Source: Candidatus Tenderia sp. (lineage in GTDB: Bacteria; Pseudomonadota; Gammaproteobacteria; Tenderiales; Tenderiaceae). Taken from it: a DNA stretch of 64,000 nt. Positions 52,307 through 61,834 of the stretch are shown piece after piece. Where the stretch lies: NCBI GenBank assembly GCA_031416075.1, contig JANOSY010000024.1, positions 97,669-161,668 on the forward strand, in the 5' to 3' direction. The first letter of the stretch is position 1; each line of letters starts with the position of its first letter. A model generated the notes under the pieces. The model had not been told where the DNA came from and did not search any database. It saw only the letters and a program-made list of their open reading frames with translations. The position numbers were made by a program, and so were the translations under genes.

Positions 52307-55300
52307 TCACCCCCCTTCATGGCTAACAGGCGACAAATAGGACCAGCTATACCATTTTTTTAACAAGGGAAAATAGAGACCCAGCTCAATGGGACGCTCA
52401 TCTTCAAGCGCCATCATCTGTGCGTAACGTTCCAACTGCGGACGATAGCGTAACGCTTCAGCGGCAATAAAATTATCCAGATCATCACCCTCATGGCTGG
52501 CGGTTTTGTAATCAACAATCCAGCGCCTTCCCTCTGCATCCACGAAGGTCCGGTCAATCACACTACGTACCACCTGATCATTTAACAACCCACTCACTGC
52601 ATACTCGCAACGATTCTCTTGATGTGAATCATCAAACAGCCAGCGGCCGCGTTTATCACCCAGCGTTTGCAATAGCGCCTGCTCCACCCGCAATACCGCA
52701 GTGGGCAACTCATCTATTACAACGCCCAGACGTGACAACGCAATTTGATAATAGGGGCACAGTGACTCAATACGCACCGCACTCCACTGCCCCATTCCCT
52801 CCTCGCCAATACGTTGCAGCAGCTCATGCACCACGGTGCCGATATGACGTGCGCTGTCGCTGGCCCAGAGATAGTCAGGATCGAGTGGCTCATCACCACC
52901 CGCCGTCACCTGGTTGATCACCGTAACCGCCGCTGTTGGTGATGGTCGCTGCCAATCACAGACCAACCGCCGCAACACAGGCGCAGCCGTCGGCAATACC
53001 AGCTCCACCGGTTGCGACGAAGACTCTACACGCTGCAATTCACTGAAGTGTGGCTGCACCACTGGCCACAACAACCGCAGCAAAGAACTCTTCTGCGGTT
53101 CGCGCAGCTCATCTTCTTCACTTAAGGTGGTATGGCCCAGCAGATGCAGCCGGCGTTTGGCGCGGGTAGCAGCAACATAGAGTACCCGACCGGTCTCATA
53201 CTCACCCTTTTGGGCGGCGATCTTTTGCACATAACGATAGATGGCATCGTGCTCTTCACCGGTGGCGCGCACCGGTGCCAGCAGCAGTTCACTGCCACCT
53301 TCGGACCAGCGCTCCTGCCATACCAGCATCGGGCTATCGCCGGGTGGCGCCTTGCGGCCAAGGCCGGGCAGGATCACCGTATCGAACTCCAGCCCCTTGG
53401 ATTTGTGAATGGTCATCACCTGGATACGTTCATCGGCATCAACATCTGGCAATGCGTAGAGCTGCGCCAGTGACTCATCAAGCTGTTTCAACTCATCCAG
53501 ACCACTGGCGCTATCGAGCTTGTCCAGCAGATTAAAAAAGACCTCGGCATCTTCAAGATCGGTGGCGTTCTCAACACAGGCGGGGCCGCCAAGCTGCACC
53601 CAAACCGATTCAATCCAGCGCCGTAAACGGTGACGCCCACGTGATTGCAGTGCCTGCGCCAAGACTACTCGCAGCTGCTGCAAACGCTGTTGGCCAGTCA
53701 CTGAGAGCGACGCCACATCCTGCATCAATTCCCAGACCACCGCACGGCGTGGTGCGTTGGTGAGTGCAGCCAGATCAGCCAGCGACAGGCCGCACCACGG
53801 CGCCCGCAACAGCGCCAGCCAGGCGACACGGTCGGCGGGATGTAACAGCGCCCGTGTCAGTGCATAGAGATCCTGCACCACCGGACGGTGGCCAAGCGCC
53901 TCGATCTCAATGGCGCGATAACGTAGCCCGGCACATTTCAGAGCCGCCACCACCATGACCAGATGGCTGCGCGCCCGCACCAGCACCGCAACCGTGCCGT
54001 TGGGATTCTGCTGCAACGCCTCTCCTACCAGCTGCACCAGCTGTTTTGCCTCACCTTCAATATCGTGGCTCAGCGCCGCGTGGATCTGCACAGCGGCACC
54101 GTTTTGATCTTGGGCATGATCATGAAAGGCGACCGAATCGCTGTAGCTGACAGCCCCGACGGTGGCATCTTCCTGCTGCGGGAACACCTGCGCAAAGCTC
54201 TGGTTGACCCACTCAACGATGCCCGCCTTGGAACGGAAATTAACACTCAACGTCAGTGGTGTTAGGGCTATTTCACCGATCCCTTCGTGGCGCGCGCGCA
54301 GGTAAAGCCCCACCTCCGCTTCACGAAAACGGTAGATCGACTGCATCGGGTCACCGACCAGAAACAGCGTACGGCCATCACCACGTTGCCAACCGGCAGT
54401 GAGGCGCTGCAACAGCCGGTACTGGCCAAACGAGGTGTCCTGAAACTCATCCACCAACAGATGCTGAATACGGTAGTCGAGCGCCAGCGCCAGGTCGGTA
54501 GGATTATCCTCCTCCCCCAGCGCTTGCAGTGCCGACTGCTGTATCTCGCTGAAATCGACCTGCCCACGGCTGCCAAAGACAACCCGCAGATGGGCCGCCG
54601 CCACCAGCAACAGCTCACACATCGCCTCGACAATCTGCCACTGATCGTCGCTGTAATTTGGGCCGGGCAGGCTGCGAATATCATTAAGCGCCTGTTGCAG
54701 ATCGGGCACCTCACTCAACAAGCCCGTCAACTCCACTAGCGCGGTTTTTTTACGGGTAAAAAGCTGCGCCTCGCTTTTATCTTTGGTGCTTGAGGGTGCC
54801 GGGAAACCCTGCTTGGCGGTAACGCCCTTGGCGTTGCTGCGCCACTCGCCATCCTGCTTTAGCAGAAGTTCGATAACACCCTGCCACTGCGCCACATCTT
54901 CATCAGGCAGATCACTCAACTCACGGCAGCAGGCCATGGCATGATCATCGTTGACGTGGTTGGCGGCAAAATTCATCACGCCACACAGTTCAGAAATGTG
55001 CGCGGCAGGAAACAGCTGCTGCGCCCGTTGCAGCGTGGCATCGATCACCCCTTGCAGCGCCAACTGCAGCAGCTCGCGCCGTTCATCCTCACTGCTCAGG
55101 CTCACCAGATGGCGCAGCCACTGATCACGTTTGGCCAACATCTGCACCAGCATCGACTCGGCCACAGCCAGGTTGTTATCGAGATGGGCCAGCAGATGTT
55201 CGATGGCAGGCGACCACGCCTCACCCCGTTCAAGATCGGCAAGGGTCTGCTGCGCCGCCTCGCGATAGAGGCTATCGGGATCATCGGCAATTGCAGGCTG

Positions 55301-55717
55301 GGCGCCAAAACGGGCCATGATCGGCAACTGGCGTGTGAGTGAGGCACAGAGTGAATCGATGGTCTGGATGCGCAGCCGTGCCGGATTGGTCAGCAGCTGC
55401 CAGTTCAATTCGGCATCACGTTCCAGCGCGATGCAGGCCAAGTCGCGGGTTTGCTTCAGGTAGGGATCCGCATCCACAGGCAACGGTTTGGTCGCCAGCC
55501 GCAACGCACTTAACAGACGATCACGCATCTCGGCCGCCGCCTTGCGCGTGAAGGTGATGGCGATGATCTCTTCCGGTGAGTTGACCCGCGCCAGCAACAC
55601 CAGAAAACGTTGCGTGATAAGGCCCGTTTTGCCCGAGCCAGCAGGGGCCTGAACAATGAAGGAGCCGTTAGGTTCTAATGCCTGCAACCGCTGGGCGGCA
55701 TCAACAACCCTATTCAT
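52307..55717 (-). CDS. addA: AddA-like UvrD helicase with C-terminal PD-(D/E)XK nuclease
   Basis: APAGSGKT, TFTRKAA, VDEFQDT, VGDPMQSIYRFR, TIHKSKGLEF, YVAATRA and IDR..IVDYKT motifs. Confidence 0.9.
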   Translation of the reverse strand: MNRVVDAAQRLQALEPNGSFIVQAPAGSGKTGLITQRFLVLLARVNSPEEIIAITFTRKAAAEMRDRLLSALRLATKPLPVDADPYLKQTRDLACIALERDAELNWQLLTNPARLRIQTIDSLCASLTRQLPIMARFGAQPAIADDPDSLYREAAQQTLADLERGEAWSPAIEHLLAHLDNNLAVAESMLVQMLAKRDQWLRHLVSLSSEDERRELLQLALQGVIDATLQRAQQLFPAAHISELCGVMNFAANHVNDDHAMACCRELSDLPDEDVAQWQGVIELLLKQDGEWRSNAKGVTAKQGFPAPSSTKDKSEAQLFTRKKTALVELTGLLSEVPDLQQALNDIRSLPGPNYSDDQWQIVEAMCELLLVAAAHLRVVFGSRGQVDFSEIQQSALQALGEEDNPTDLALALDYRIQHLLVDEFQDTSFGQYRLLQRLTAGWQRGDGRTLFLVGDPMQSIYRFREAEVGLYLRARHEGIGEIALTPLTLSVNFRSKAGIVEWVNQSFAQVFPQQEDATVGAVSYSDSVAFHDHAQDQNGAAVQIHAALSHDIEGEAKQLVQLVGEALQQNPNGTVAVLVRARSHLVMVVAALKCAGLRYRAIEIEALGHRPVVQDLYALTRALLHPADRVAWLALLRAPWCGLSLADLAALTNAPRRAVVWELMQDVASLSVTGQQRLQQLRVVLAQALQSRGRHRLRRWIESVWVQLGGPACVENATDLEDAEVFFNLLDKLDSASGLDELKQLDESLAQLYALPDVDADERIQVMTIHKSKGLEFDTVILPGLGRKAPPGDSPMLVWQERWSEGGSELLLAPVRATGEEHDAIYRYVQKIAAQKGEYETGRVLYVAATRAKRRLHLLGHTTLSEEDELREPQKSSLLRLLWPVVQPHFSELQRVESSSQPVELVLPTAAPVLRRLVCDWQRPSPTAAVTVINQVTAGGDEPLDPDYLWASDSARHIGTVVHELLQRIGEEGMGQWSAVRIESLCPYYQIALSRLGVVIDELPTAVLRVEQALLQTLGDKRGRWLFDDSHQENRCEYAVSGLLNDQVVRSVIDRTFVDAEGRRWIVDYKTASHEGDDLDNFIAAEALRYRPQLERYAQMMALEDERPIELGLYFPLLKKWYSWSYLSPVSHEGG

Positions 55718-58361
55718 CTTCACTCTCCACTTCAGCCAATCCCAGTCCGTTGAGTTCGTTAATGCGGCACAACGGACCAAGGTCGCAGTAGGTGCAAGTT
55801 TTGGCCCCCTCCTTCGGCTCGACCACGGCACGCCCCTGGCGAAACTCTTGCGCCAGATTAGTCAACGCATCGCGCCAGATTCCCTGTTGTACGCCCCAAT
55901 CAATCTTGCTCTGACTGATGCCCTTGGCCACCGCCTCGTCCTTGCTCACCCCCTGAAACGCACACCGCTCCGGACGTAGCGAGGCAAAGGTGATTGCCTC
56001 CGCTGCATGGCCCTGCGCCAGCGCATAGAGCGGCAGCTGCGGTTCGTTGAGGCGCTCACCAAACCAGTCGTTGACGCTGGTCTTGCCGGTTTTATAGTCG
56101 ATGATCATCTCGCCGCCCGAGGCCAATTTGTCGATGCGGTCAGCCTTCATCTTCACCTCGATGCCACCGATGGCAAACAGCTGCTCCGCCTCCAGTGCTG
56201 CTACCGCAAACGTGGGTCTGCCACGCTCAACCTCAAGCCAGGCGCAGGTGAGTTTAATGAGGCGGTTACATTCGAGCTGGGCAAAACGTTCGCTGAAGAT
56301 CTGTGGATATTTTTGCGCCTCCACCGCGATGATGGCGACAACAACCTCGGTGACCCGTTGCTGCAACGCCTCGGTATCAAGCTGATTCAAGCTGTGCAGA
56401 TCGTTGGTCTGCTTCCAAAACTGCTCCAGAACTTTATGTACCAGGCTGCCACGTTCGGCGGCGCCCAACCCCGACGCCGGCTCCTCCAGCGACTCCGCAC
56501 CGAGACGATGGCGGGCAAAGGCACGGAACGGACAGGCGGCCTGATCCTTGAAGATGCTGGTACCACCCGTGACAGGCAGATCATCAGCCAATGCCGGTCC
56601 CTGCCAGTCGCTGTACTGTTCCAACACTCGAGCTGCAAATATCTGGTTGCGATAACGTGGCGGCGGCTGTGTCAGCCAGTCAGGTGGCGACAGCGGTTCA
56701 ATCTCTGCAATCAACGGACTCGGGCGCAGCTCACTATCGCCCTCATGTTGCGGATAGCTGATGATCACCTGTGGTGCAGCGGCAAAGAGGCGGCGACTCA
56801 CCTGGGTGGCAAAATTCAGTTCACGCTCGGCCGAGGCATGAGGCATCTGCAAGCTACGTTGCAGTGTGATCGGCAGGAATGGATTGGGCTGTGGCGCCGG
56901 TGGCCAGACGCCATCGTGCAGCCCCATCACCCAGCAGTGGGCAAACTCCAGCCCTACCGCCTCCAGCACCCCCATCACCTGGATCGGTCGTGACTGGCTC
57001 TGCGGTTGGAAGAGTGTGCTGCCCGCCAGTTGCCGTAGCTGTTTCAACGCATCGGCGTAGTTCAGCTCGGGCAGCACTTCGGTGAGTGCGGCAAAACGTA
57101 ACAGCAGTTTGCGCCACGCCTCTACCGTTTGATATTCATGGCTATCGAGACTGCGTTCGCCGGGCCAACCGGCTGTCTGCAGCAACTGTTCAAAACTGCG
57201 CGCCCAGGCAGCAGGACTCTGGCGGCGTGGCAGGGCGCTGTAACTATCGGCAAAACGTTTAAGTAACTGGGCCAGCAGCGGGCAGTGGTGACGACCGGCC
57301 TGATAGATCAGATTTTTCAGCGTTAGTGAACTCTCGCCATGACGGCGCAGCGTGGCATCAAGTTGTGCCCGCAGCAGATACTCCTGTTCGCCACCGGTAA
57401 TAAAAGGTGAGAGCAGCAGTCGGCCCCACTGATGTAACGGTGCCGGGGCGCGCACCAGCGCAAACAGATTGAGTGCGGTGTGAACTACCGGCAGTGTCGC
57501 CAGACCGTAACCGAGCGAGATGTCGTAGGGCTTGGGGTGCGGCTGACTCAGATCTAGCACCGCGCCGGGCAGCAGCGCTTCATCAAATATGCGTTCGATG
57601 TTGTGACGCTGCGCCGCCAGCTCCGGCACCACCACGCCGATGGGGCCAGGCTCGCCACTATCGAGCAGCTGGCGCAGCCAAGCGGCGATGGCGCGAATCT
57701 CAGCGCTGCTATCGGCGCAGGCCAGCGTGTGTGGCTGGGCGCTTTTGTGCGGCAGGTCGAGTTGCGTCACGGCCGCACCGGCCTGCTGTTGCGCCGCCAT
57801 CAACGCCTGATGTTGCGGTGTCAGGTCATCAAATCCAATCCAGAGAAATTCAGTGGCAACACTGAGTTTGCCGTCAGCAAGTGCGGCGGCGATCTGATTG
57901 GGCAGTGCCGCCTCATCAAGCCAGCGCTCTTTGTGGCAGCGTTTCTGAAACGCCTCCGCCCAAGCGTAAAAGGCCTCAACATCCGCCCCCTCTTCATGGG
58001 CCAGCACCGCAGGTTGCAGTTGCCACTGCCGCAGCAGTCGCCACGCCTGCATGGCGGCGCGGGCAGTAGCCTGACTATTGAGCAGCAGCTCACCCCAGCG
58101 TGAGGCCTCAATCACCCGCTCCCACAGCGCCAACGCAGACTCTTCGGCAAGCAGTGTTGGCAGATCAACATCAACAAAGGCCAGCTCCTGCCACTGCCGC
58201 TGCACCCAACCATTCCATGGCACAATCTGCGGCGTCGGCCAGTGAGTGTTGCCCTGCTTTAGCTGCCACTGCTCATACTCGCCCATTAGATGGCGCGAAA
58301 GACGGCTATTGACGGTGAGCACTGTGGCGCCGCTAGCGATACGTTGTAGCAGATCTGACAA
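55710..58361 (-). CDS. addB: AddB-like inactive helicase with Fe-S PD-(D/E)XK nuclease
   Basis: ACPFRAFA, DRID..IIDYKTG..QLPLY and CTYCDLGPLCR motifs; overlaps the addA start. Confidence 0.88.
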   Translation of the reverse strand: MSDLLQRIASGATVLTVNSRLSRHLMGEYEQWQLKQGNTHWPTPQIVPWNGWVQRQWQELAFVDVDLPTLLAEESALALWERVIEASRWGELLLNSQATARAAMQAWRLLRQWQLQPAVLAHEEGADVEAFYAWAEAFQKRCHKERWLDEAALPNQIAAALADGKLSVATEFLWIGFDDLTPQHQALMAAQQQAGAAVTQLDLPHKSAQPHTLACADSSAEIRAIAAWLRQLLDSGEPGPIGVVVPELAAQRHNIERIFDEALLPGAVLDLSQPHPKPYDISLGYGLATLPVVHTALNLFALVRAPAPLHQWGRLLLSPFITGGEQEYLLRAQLDATLRRHGESSLTLKNLIYQAGRHHCPLLAQLLKRFADSYSALPRRQSPAAWARSFEQLLQTAGWPGERSLDSHEYQTVEAWRKLLLRFAALTEVLPELNYADALKQLRQLAGSTLFQPQSQSRPIQVMGVLEAVGLEFAHCWVMGLHDGVWPPAPQPNPFLPITLQRSLQMPHASAERELNFATQVSRRLFAAAPQVIISYPQHEGDSELRPSPLIAEIEPLSPPDWLTQPPPRYRNQIFAARVLEQYSDWQGPALADDLPVTGGTSIFKDQAACPFRAFARHRLGAESLEEPASGLGAAERGSLVHKVLEQFWKQTNDLHSLNQLDTEALQQRVTEVVVAIIAVEAQKYPQIFSERFAQLECNRLIKLTCAWLEVERGRPTFAVAALEAEQLFAIGGIEVKMKADRIDKLASGGEMIIDYKTGKTSVNDWFGERLNEPQLPLYALAQGHAAEAITFASLRPERCAFQGVSKDEAVAKGISQSKIDWGVQQGIWRDALTNLAQEFRQGRAVVEPKEGAKTCTYCDLGPLCRINELNGLGLAEVESEDE

Positions 58362-58472
58362 TCTCTTATCCCAGCGTTGGTGGCAAAAACGACATTCTAT
58401 ACTCTGCTGGACCCGACAGCCTAAATTCCGCTGGCCATGTTGCTCACAAAGTCTGGAGCAAAAACCCTCGGG

Positions 58473-58961
58473 CTACACAAGATGCAGCAACAGTTCGTAT
58501 TTGATCAGCAACGCGTAAGCAATCAAGGTACCGTAGAGGATATAGCTGACCTTGATACAGTTAAAGACATAGAAGTTTTTCAGTCCCAACAGCACAAACA
58601 GCGCCAGACAGGTGGCTCCAATCTTAAGCGTAAGGAAGAGATAAACACTCTGCTCCATGCTCCAGCGCATCAGCGGATTGAGTTCGTAGGCAGAACCTGA
58701 ATTGATGAGACTGAGGGTAAAAACAGCATCGGCGCAACAGAGGCTGACGATGGCCAGACCCAACAACAGGATACGGGGACTGAAACGATCAACATAGGTG
58801 CCGATCCCGTCTGAGGTACGTCGACCCAGGGCGCGCCGCCCATAGAGCGAACGCATTACGGTGATCAACGAGTATTTCCGGCGCTCACTGTCTGAGCGAC
58901 GTTCCGCACCATTAAAGCATGGCTCGCCATAACCATCTTGCAACATTACGTCTGACTCCAA
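58473..58961 (-). CDS. DUF5658-like membrane protein
   Basis: ERR repeats, YVDRF, DAVFTL and ELNPLM motifs; several TM helices. Confidence 0.75.
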   Translation of the reverse strand: MESDVMLQDGYGEPCFNGAERRSDSERRKYSLITVMRSLYGRRALGRRTSDGIGTYVDRFSPRILLLGLAIVSLCCADAVFTLSLINSGSAYELNPLMRWSMEQSVYLFLTLKIGATCLALFVLLGLKNFYVFNCIKVSYILYGTLIAYALLIKYELLLHLV

Positions 58962-59082
58962 CCACTTTTGTTGTTTTTATATGTTGCGAGAACTCCGCCT
59001 CACCTCATACCTCTGGGTCATCCATAACCAATACAGCCGTGGCTATTCAACACCACAGATAAAGCCACATTTTTTTATCTAA

Positions 59083-59240
59083 GGAACCTCTGAACAACCC
59101 CGTTCGCCCTGAACCCGTCGAAGGGCTGGCAACGTAACATATTGATTATTAACTGTCCTCCATTCATGGTTCGACAAGCTCACCACGAAGAACCTACCCC
59201 ACGAAGTGCTTTGGGTACGGTGTACTTATTCAGAGGCTCC
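59083..59240. mobile_element. MITE-like element with IS5-type ends carrying a REP doublet
   Basis: Ends GGAACCTCTGAACAA and TTATTCAGAGGCTCC are imperfect inverted repeats, flanked by CTAA and CTGA. Internal arms CCGTTCGCCCTGAACCCGTCGAAGGG and TGGTTCGACAAGCTCACCACGAA..CGG. Confidence 0.7.
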
Positions 59241-59260
59241 CTGACGAACAAACGCGATAA

Positions 59261-59763
59261 TTAACAGGAAAGAGTGTTATCCGCCTTGCCCCCAGACTTA
59301 ACCGGTGCCTCACGACGACGCACATAAGTCATGCCCAACAATCCCGCCCCCATCAATAACAGTGTGGTGGGTTCTGGCACCTGTCCACCGCCAGTCGGCT
59401 TGGTGCTACCTGTCAAGCCGCTGATTTTGACAAAATCATTATCTCTCGTCCAACCAGGAGAACTACCAACAATAGGATTGTATGCCCCCACTAGCCAGTA
59501 AGATGAAATACCGGGCTGGCACCAGTAATAAAGCTTGTACTGCCGGTTATGCTGGCGCTGTTCGACGAAACATTGGAAACGTTGGAGAGATGACTTATCA
59601 AGCTCCAGCCACCACCCGCCGCCCAAAAACTCGACCCCGTCACGGTCTGCCCCGAACTACCTGTAAAACTGTAATTGATAGCGGCAACCGCCGAAGTTGA
59701 AAGCAACGTTGCTGCAATCGATGCAACCAACAATCCACTTACCTGCCACTTATAATTACGCAT
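59261..59763 (-). pseudogene. Frameshifted PEP-CTERM surface protein (XDP1-like)
   Basis: Signal peptide in ORF 59491-59769; SSYWLVGAYNP..NDFVKI..VPEPTTLLLMGAGLLGMTYVRRR in ORF 59261-59626. One extra base in the A-run at 59506-59508 joins them as ..SPVFSSYW.. Confidence 0.8.
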
Positions 59764-59831
59764 ATTCAATCCTTACCTCACTGCCAGATAGCGCGTTATT
59801 GAGAAGCAAAACCCTACTTTAACTGTAGTTG

Positions 59832-59939
59832 AGCAATATTTGAGCCACTATTAAAACTGCCTTATTAATCAGGTAATAAGATTAGCCTAGCGAGTCCTCG
59901 TTGCATCGTTTTCGCCACCATCTGCAAAGAAATCCGACA
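59832..59939 (-). promoter_or_regulatory. Sigma54 promoter plus putative PEP-CTERM (PrsR) enhancer box
   Basis: TGGCTC-AAATA-TTGCT (-24/-12) at 59832-59847; TGTCGGATTTCTTTGCA at 59923-59939. Confidence 0.7.
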
Positions 59940-59945
59940 CTACCT

Positions 59946-60532
59946 TTATTTAACCAGGCGTCGCTGCAGCGCGCGCGCTTCACCAATGTCATCAAATTCC
60001 AGCTTTGAATTCAGGACTGCACTCAGCTCCGTCTTGGCCTCAGTGGTACAACCTAACTCAACCAGGGTGGAGGCAATGTGATAGCGAATTTCCGGGTTGT
60101 TCGAGGCGCGTGAGTAGGCATCACGCAGATAGGGCAACCCCTTCTCCGCCTGACCGCTTTTTACCAGCACCCAATCCAGGGTATCGCTGACCCCGGCATC
60201 ACTGGGCGTGAGACCATAGGCCTTCTGCGCCAGATCCAGGGCACGGCTGAGCTTGCCCATCATGAGGTAGGTGAAGGCGAGGTTACTTAACAAGGGGCCA
60301 TTATCCGGACCATTTTTTGCCACCTCTTCATACACAGCGGCAGCCTGCTGGTACTGCCCTTGACGGAGGTAGGCCTCGGCCAAGGCCTGCTTGGCATTGA
60401 GATCCTGAGGATGTCTGGACGACCAGTCGCGCATCACTGCAACCGCCTTCTACCAGTCACCTGCGGCAGCATATGCCTGATAAAGTTTGATGGCCAGGGT
60501 GGCCGTCGGCTGACGTCTCTGGGCTATCTCGT
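59946..60532 (-). pseudogene. 3' remnant of a PrsT-like TPR protein
   Basis: TPR repeats with DTLDWVL..G and NPEIRYH; in-frame TAG at 60450-60452; truncated upstream by IS sequence. Confidence 0.75.
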
Positions 60533-60881
60533 AAGACCCGCTTTGGCATGGGCATGTATGCCACGCGTACGTCGAGTACAGCGCGGCGCGATAGACTATT
60601 TCTGCTCTCCGCTTTTGCCATCGTGTTATTGACACTGTTAGGTGCTGCTGGTGAAAGCGTTGGTTACGACCGCCTGCTAAAAACGAACACGGTGAAGCAC
60701 CGAACGCATTCGCTATTCCACCAAGGCTGGATGATTTACGGGTTGATCCCGAACATGCCAGAGAAATGGCTTGCGCCTATCATGCAAAAATTCGCGGAGT
60801 TGCTGCGTGAGCAGCGTGCATGGAGTGCATGGAGTGCAATGCTTGGCTTTGTTTAAGCTAAAAAATGAGGGGATGACTGAG
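60533..60881 (+). mobile_element. IS4-family transposase 3' remnant with probable right end
   Basis: RFGMGM..RRDRLFLL..LLTLLGAAGE..NT..RTHSLFHQG; candidate end AAATGAGGGGATGACTGAG. Confidence 0.7.
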
Positions 60882-60882
60882 A

Positions 60883-61095
60883 TGGCAACGCCATTTTTTG
60901 GAACATGCGATTCGTGATTATTATTATGGTATCGACGTCATGTGGATTATGTTCACGTTAACCCGGTGAAGCATGGTTTGGTGGCGCGCGTGCAGGATTG
61001 GCCATATTCCACCTTTCACCGTTACGTCAAGCGGGGCATCTACCCTTTGAATTGGTGTGGTAATCCCGCGATGGCCGTTAATGGTGTGATTGACA
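60883..61095 (+). pseudogene. REP-associated tyrosine transposase (RAYT) 3' remnant, frameshifted
   Basis: WQRHFLEHAIRD / HVDYVHVNPVKHGLV..VQDWPYSTFHRYV..GIYPLNW. Confidence 0.85.
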
Positions 61096-61098
61096 TGC

Positions 61099-61128
61099 GT
61101 CCGATTACGCTGCGCTAATCGGACATAC
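61099..61128 (-). repeat. GTAG-family REP downstream of the RAYT remnant
   Basis: Minus strand GTAT-GTCCGATTA-GCGCAGCG-TAATCGGAC. Confidence 0.8.
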
Positions 61129-61404
61129 GAGCTAACTCACCAATTAACCGGACCCACTCCAGCGGCGGACCTATTCACTCCTTCTTTGCCTTGTGCGCCG
61201 CTTCCGTGGTCCGGTTATCAGAAACGTTAGGGTAAAAAAATAAGATCAAAAGCATTGGCGTGTTGTTCTTTTTACGTCTAGTGTAAAAGGAAATAATCAG
61301 TGCTTCATCAAAGCCCGCAAAAAATATCATGCGGGTTTCAATAAAGCTGGGGGGCGTATGAACGACAGTGGCTTCAGGAATGGTCTGCAAAAGAGTTCGT
61401 GGCT

Positions 61405-61601
61405 GAATGGCACTTACTTAATAAAATTAACACTATTAATCAATATGTTATGAATAATTATTTTTCAACTCAGCTATGTAGGTCGCACCAATCCCACAGT
61501 TTCTTCGGCTGAGAGCACTGTCAAAAGCGCTGCGGTCAGACTCAGGTTAAAATTATAACTATTTGTTTTTAATTATATTACCTCTTAAGTAAGTGCCATT
61601 C
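61405..61601. mobile_element. 197-bp MITE-like element with perfect 17-bp terminal inverted repeats
   Basis: GAATGGCACTTACTTAA (61405-61421) and TTAAGTAAGTGCCATTC (61585-61601); AT-rich, no credible ORF. Confidence 0.7.
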
Positions 61602-61699
61602 TACTCTGACCCCAGTTATTCGAGTTTGGCTTCGTGAAGACATTGCGTATTGCGGACGATGTTGTCCAATCTAAATAATCAATCACGGAAGGAAATAAT

Positions 61700-61834
61700 A
61701 TGGACGCGTTCAACGCATTGGTTTGGCGTCTGGCGGGCACCACGGGCGACCATTCGCTTCGGCACCGCCGGACTGTGAAGTGTCGTCAATCAAGTCCAGA
61801 GCAACACACACTTTGTCGTACGGAGGAGCAATGA
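61700..61834 (+). CDS. Possible 44-aa ORF coupled to the downstream gene
   Basis: AAGGA RBS; MDAFNALVWRLAG..CRTEEQ*; stop overlaps the next ATG (ATGA). Confidence 0.3.
   Translation: MDAFNALVWRLAGTTGDHSLRHRRTVKCRQSSPEQHTLCRTEEQ

Noticed and set aside
52307-58361. Helicase plus Cas4-like nuclease as a defence system
   Set aside because: Architecture and gene order match housekeeping AddAB recombination-repair genes.
60450-60452. In-frame TAG as programmed read-through or pyrrolysine
   Set aside because: The gene is also 5'-truncated by an IS fragment and no pyl genes are present in the window; simple decay is more likely.
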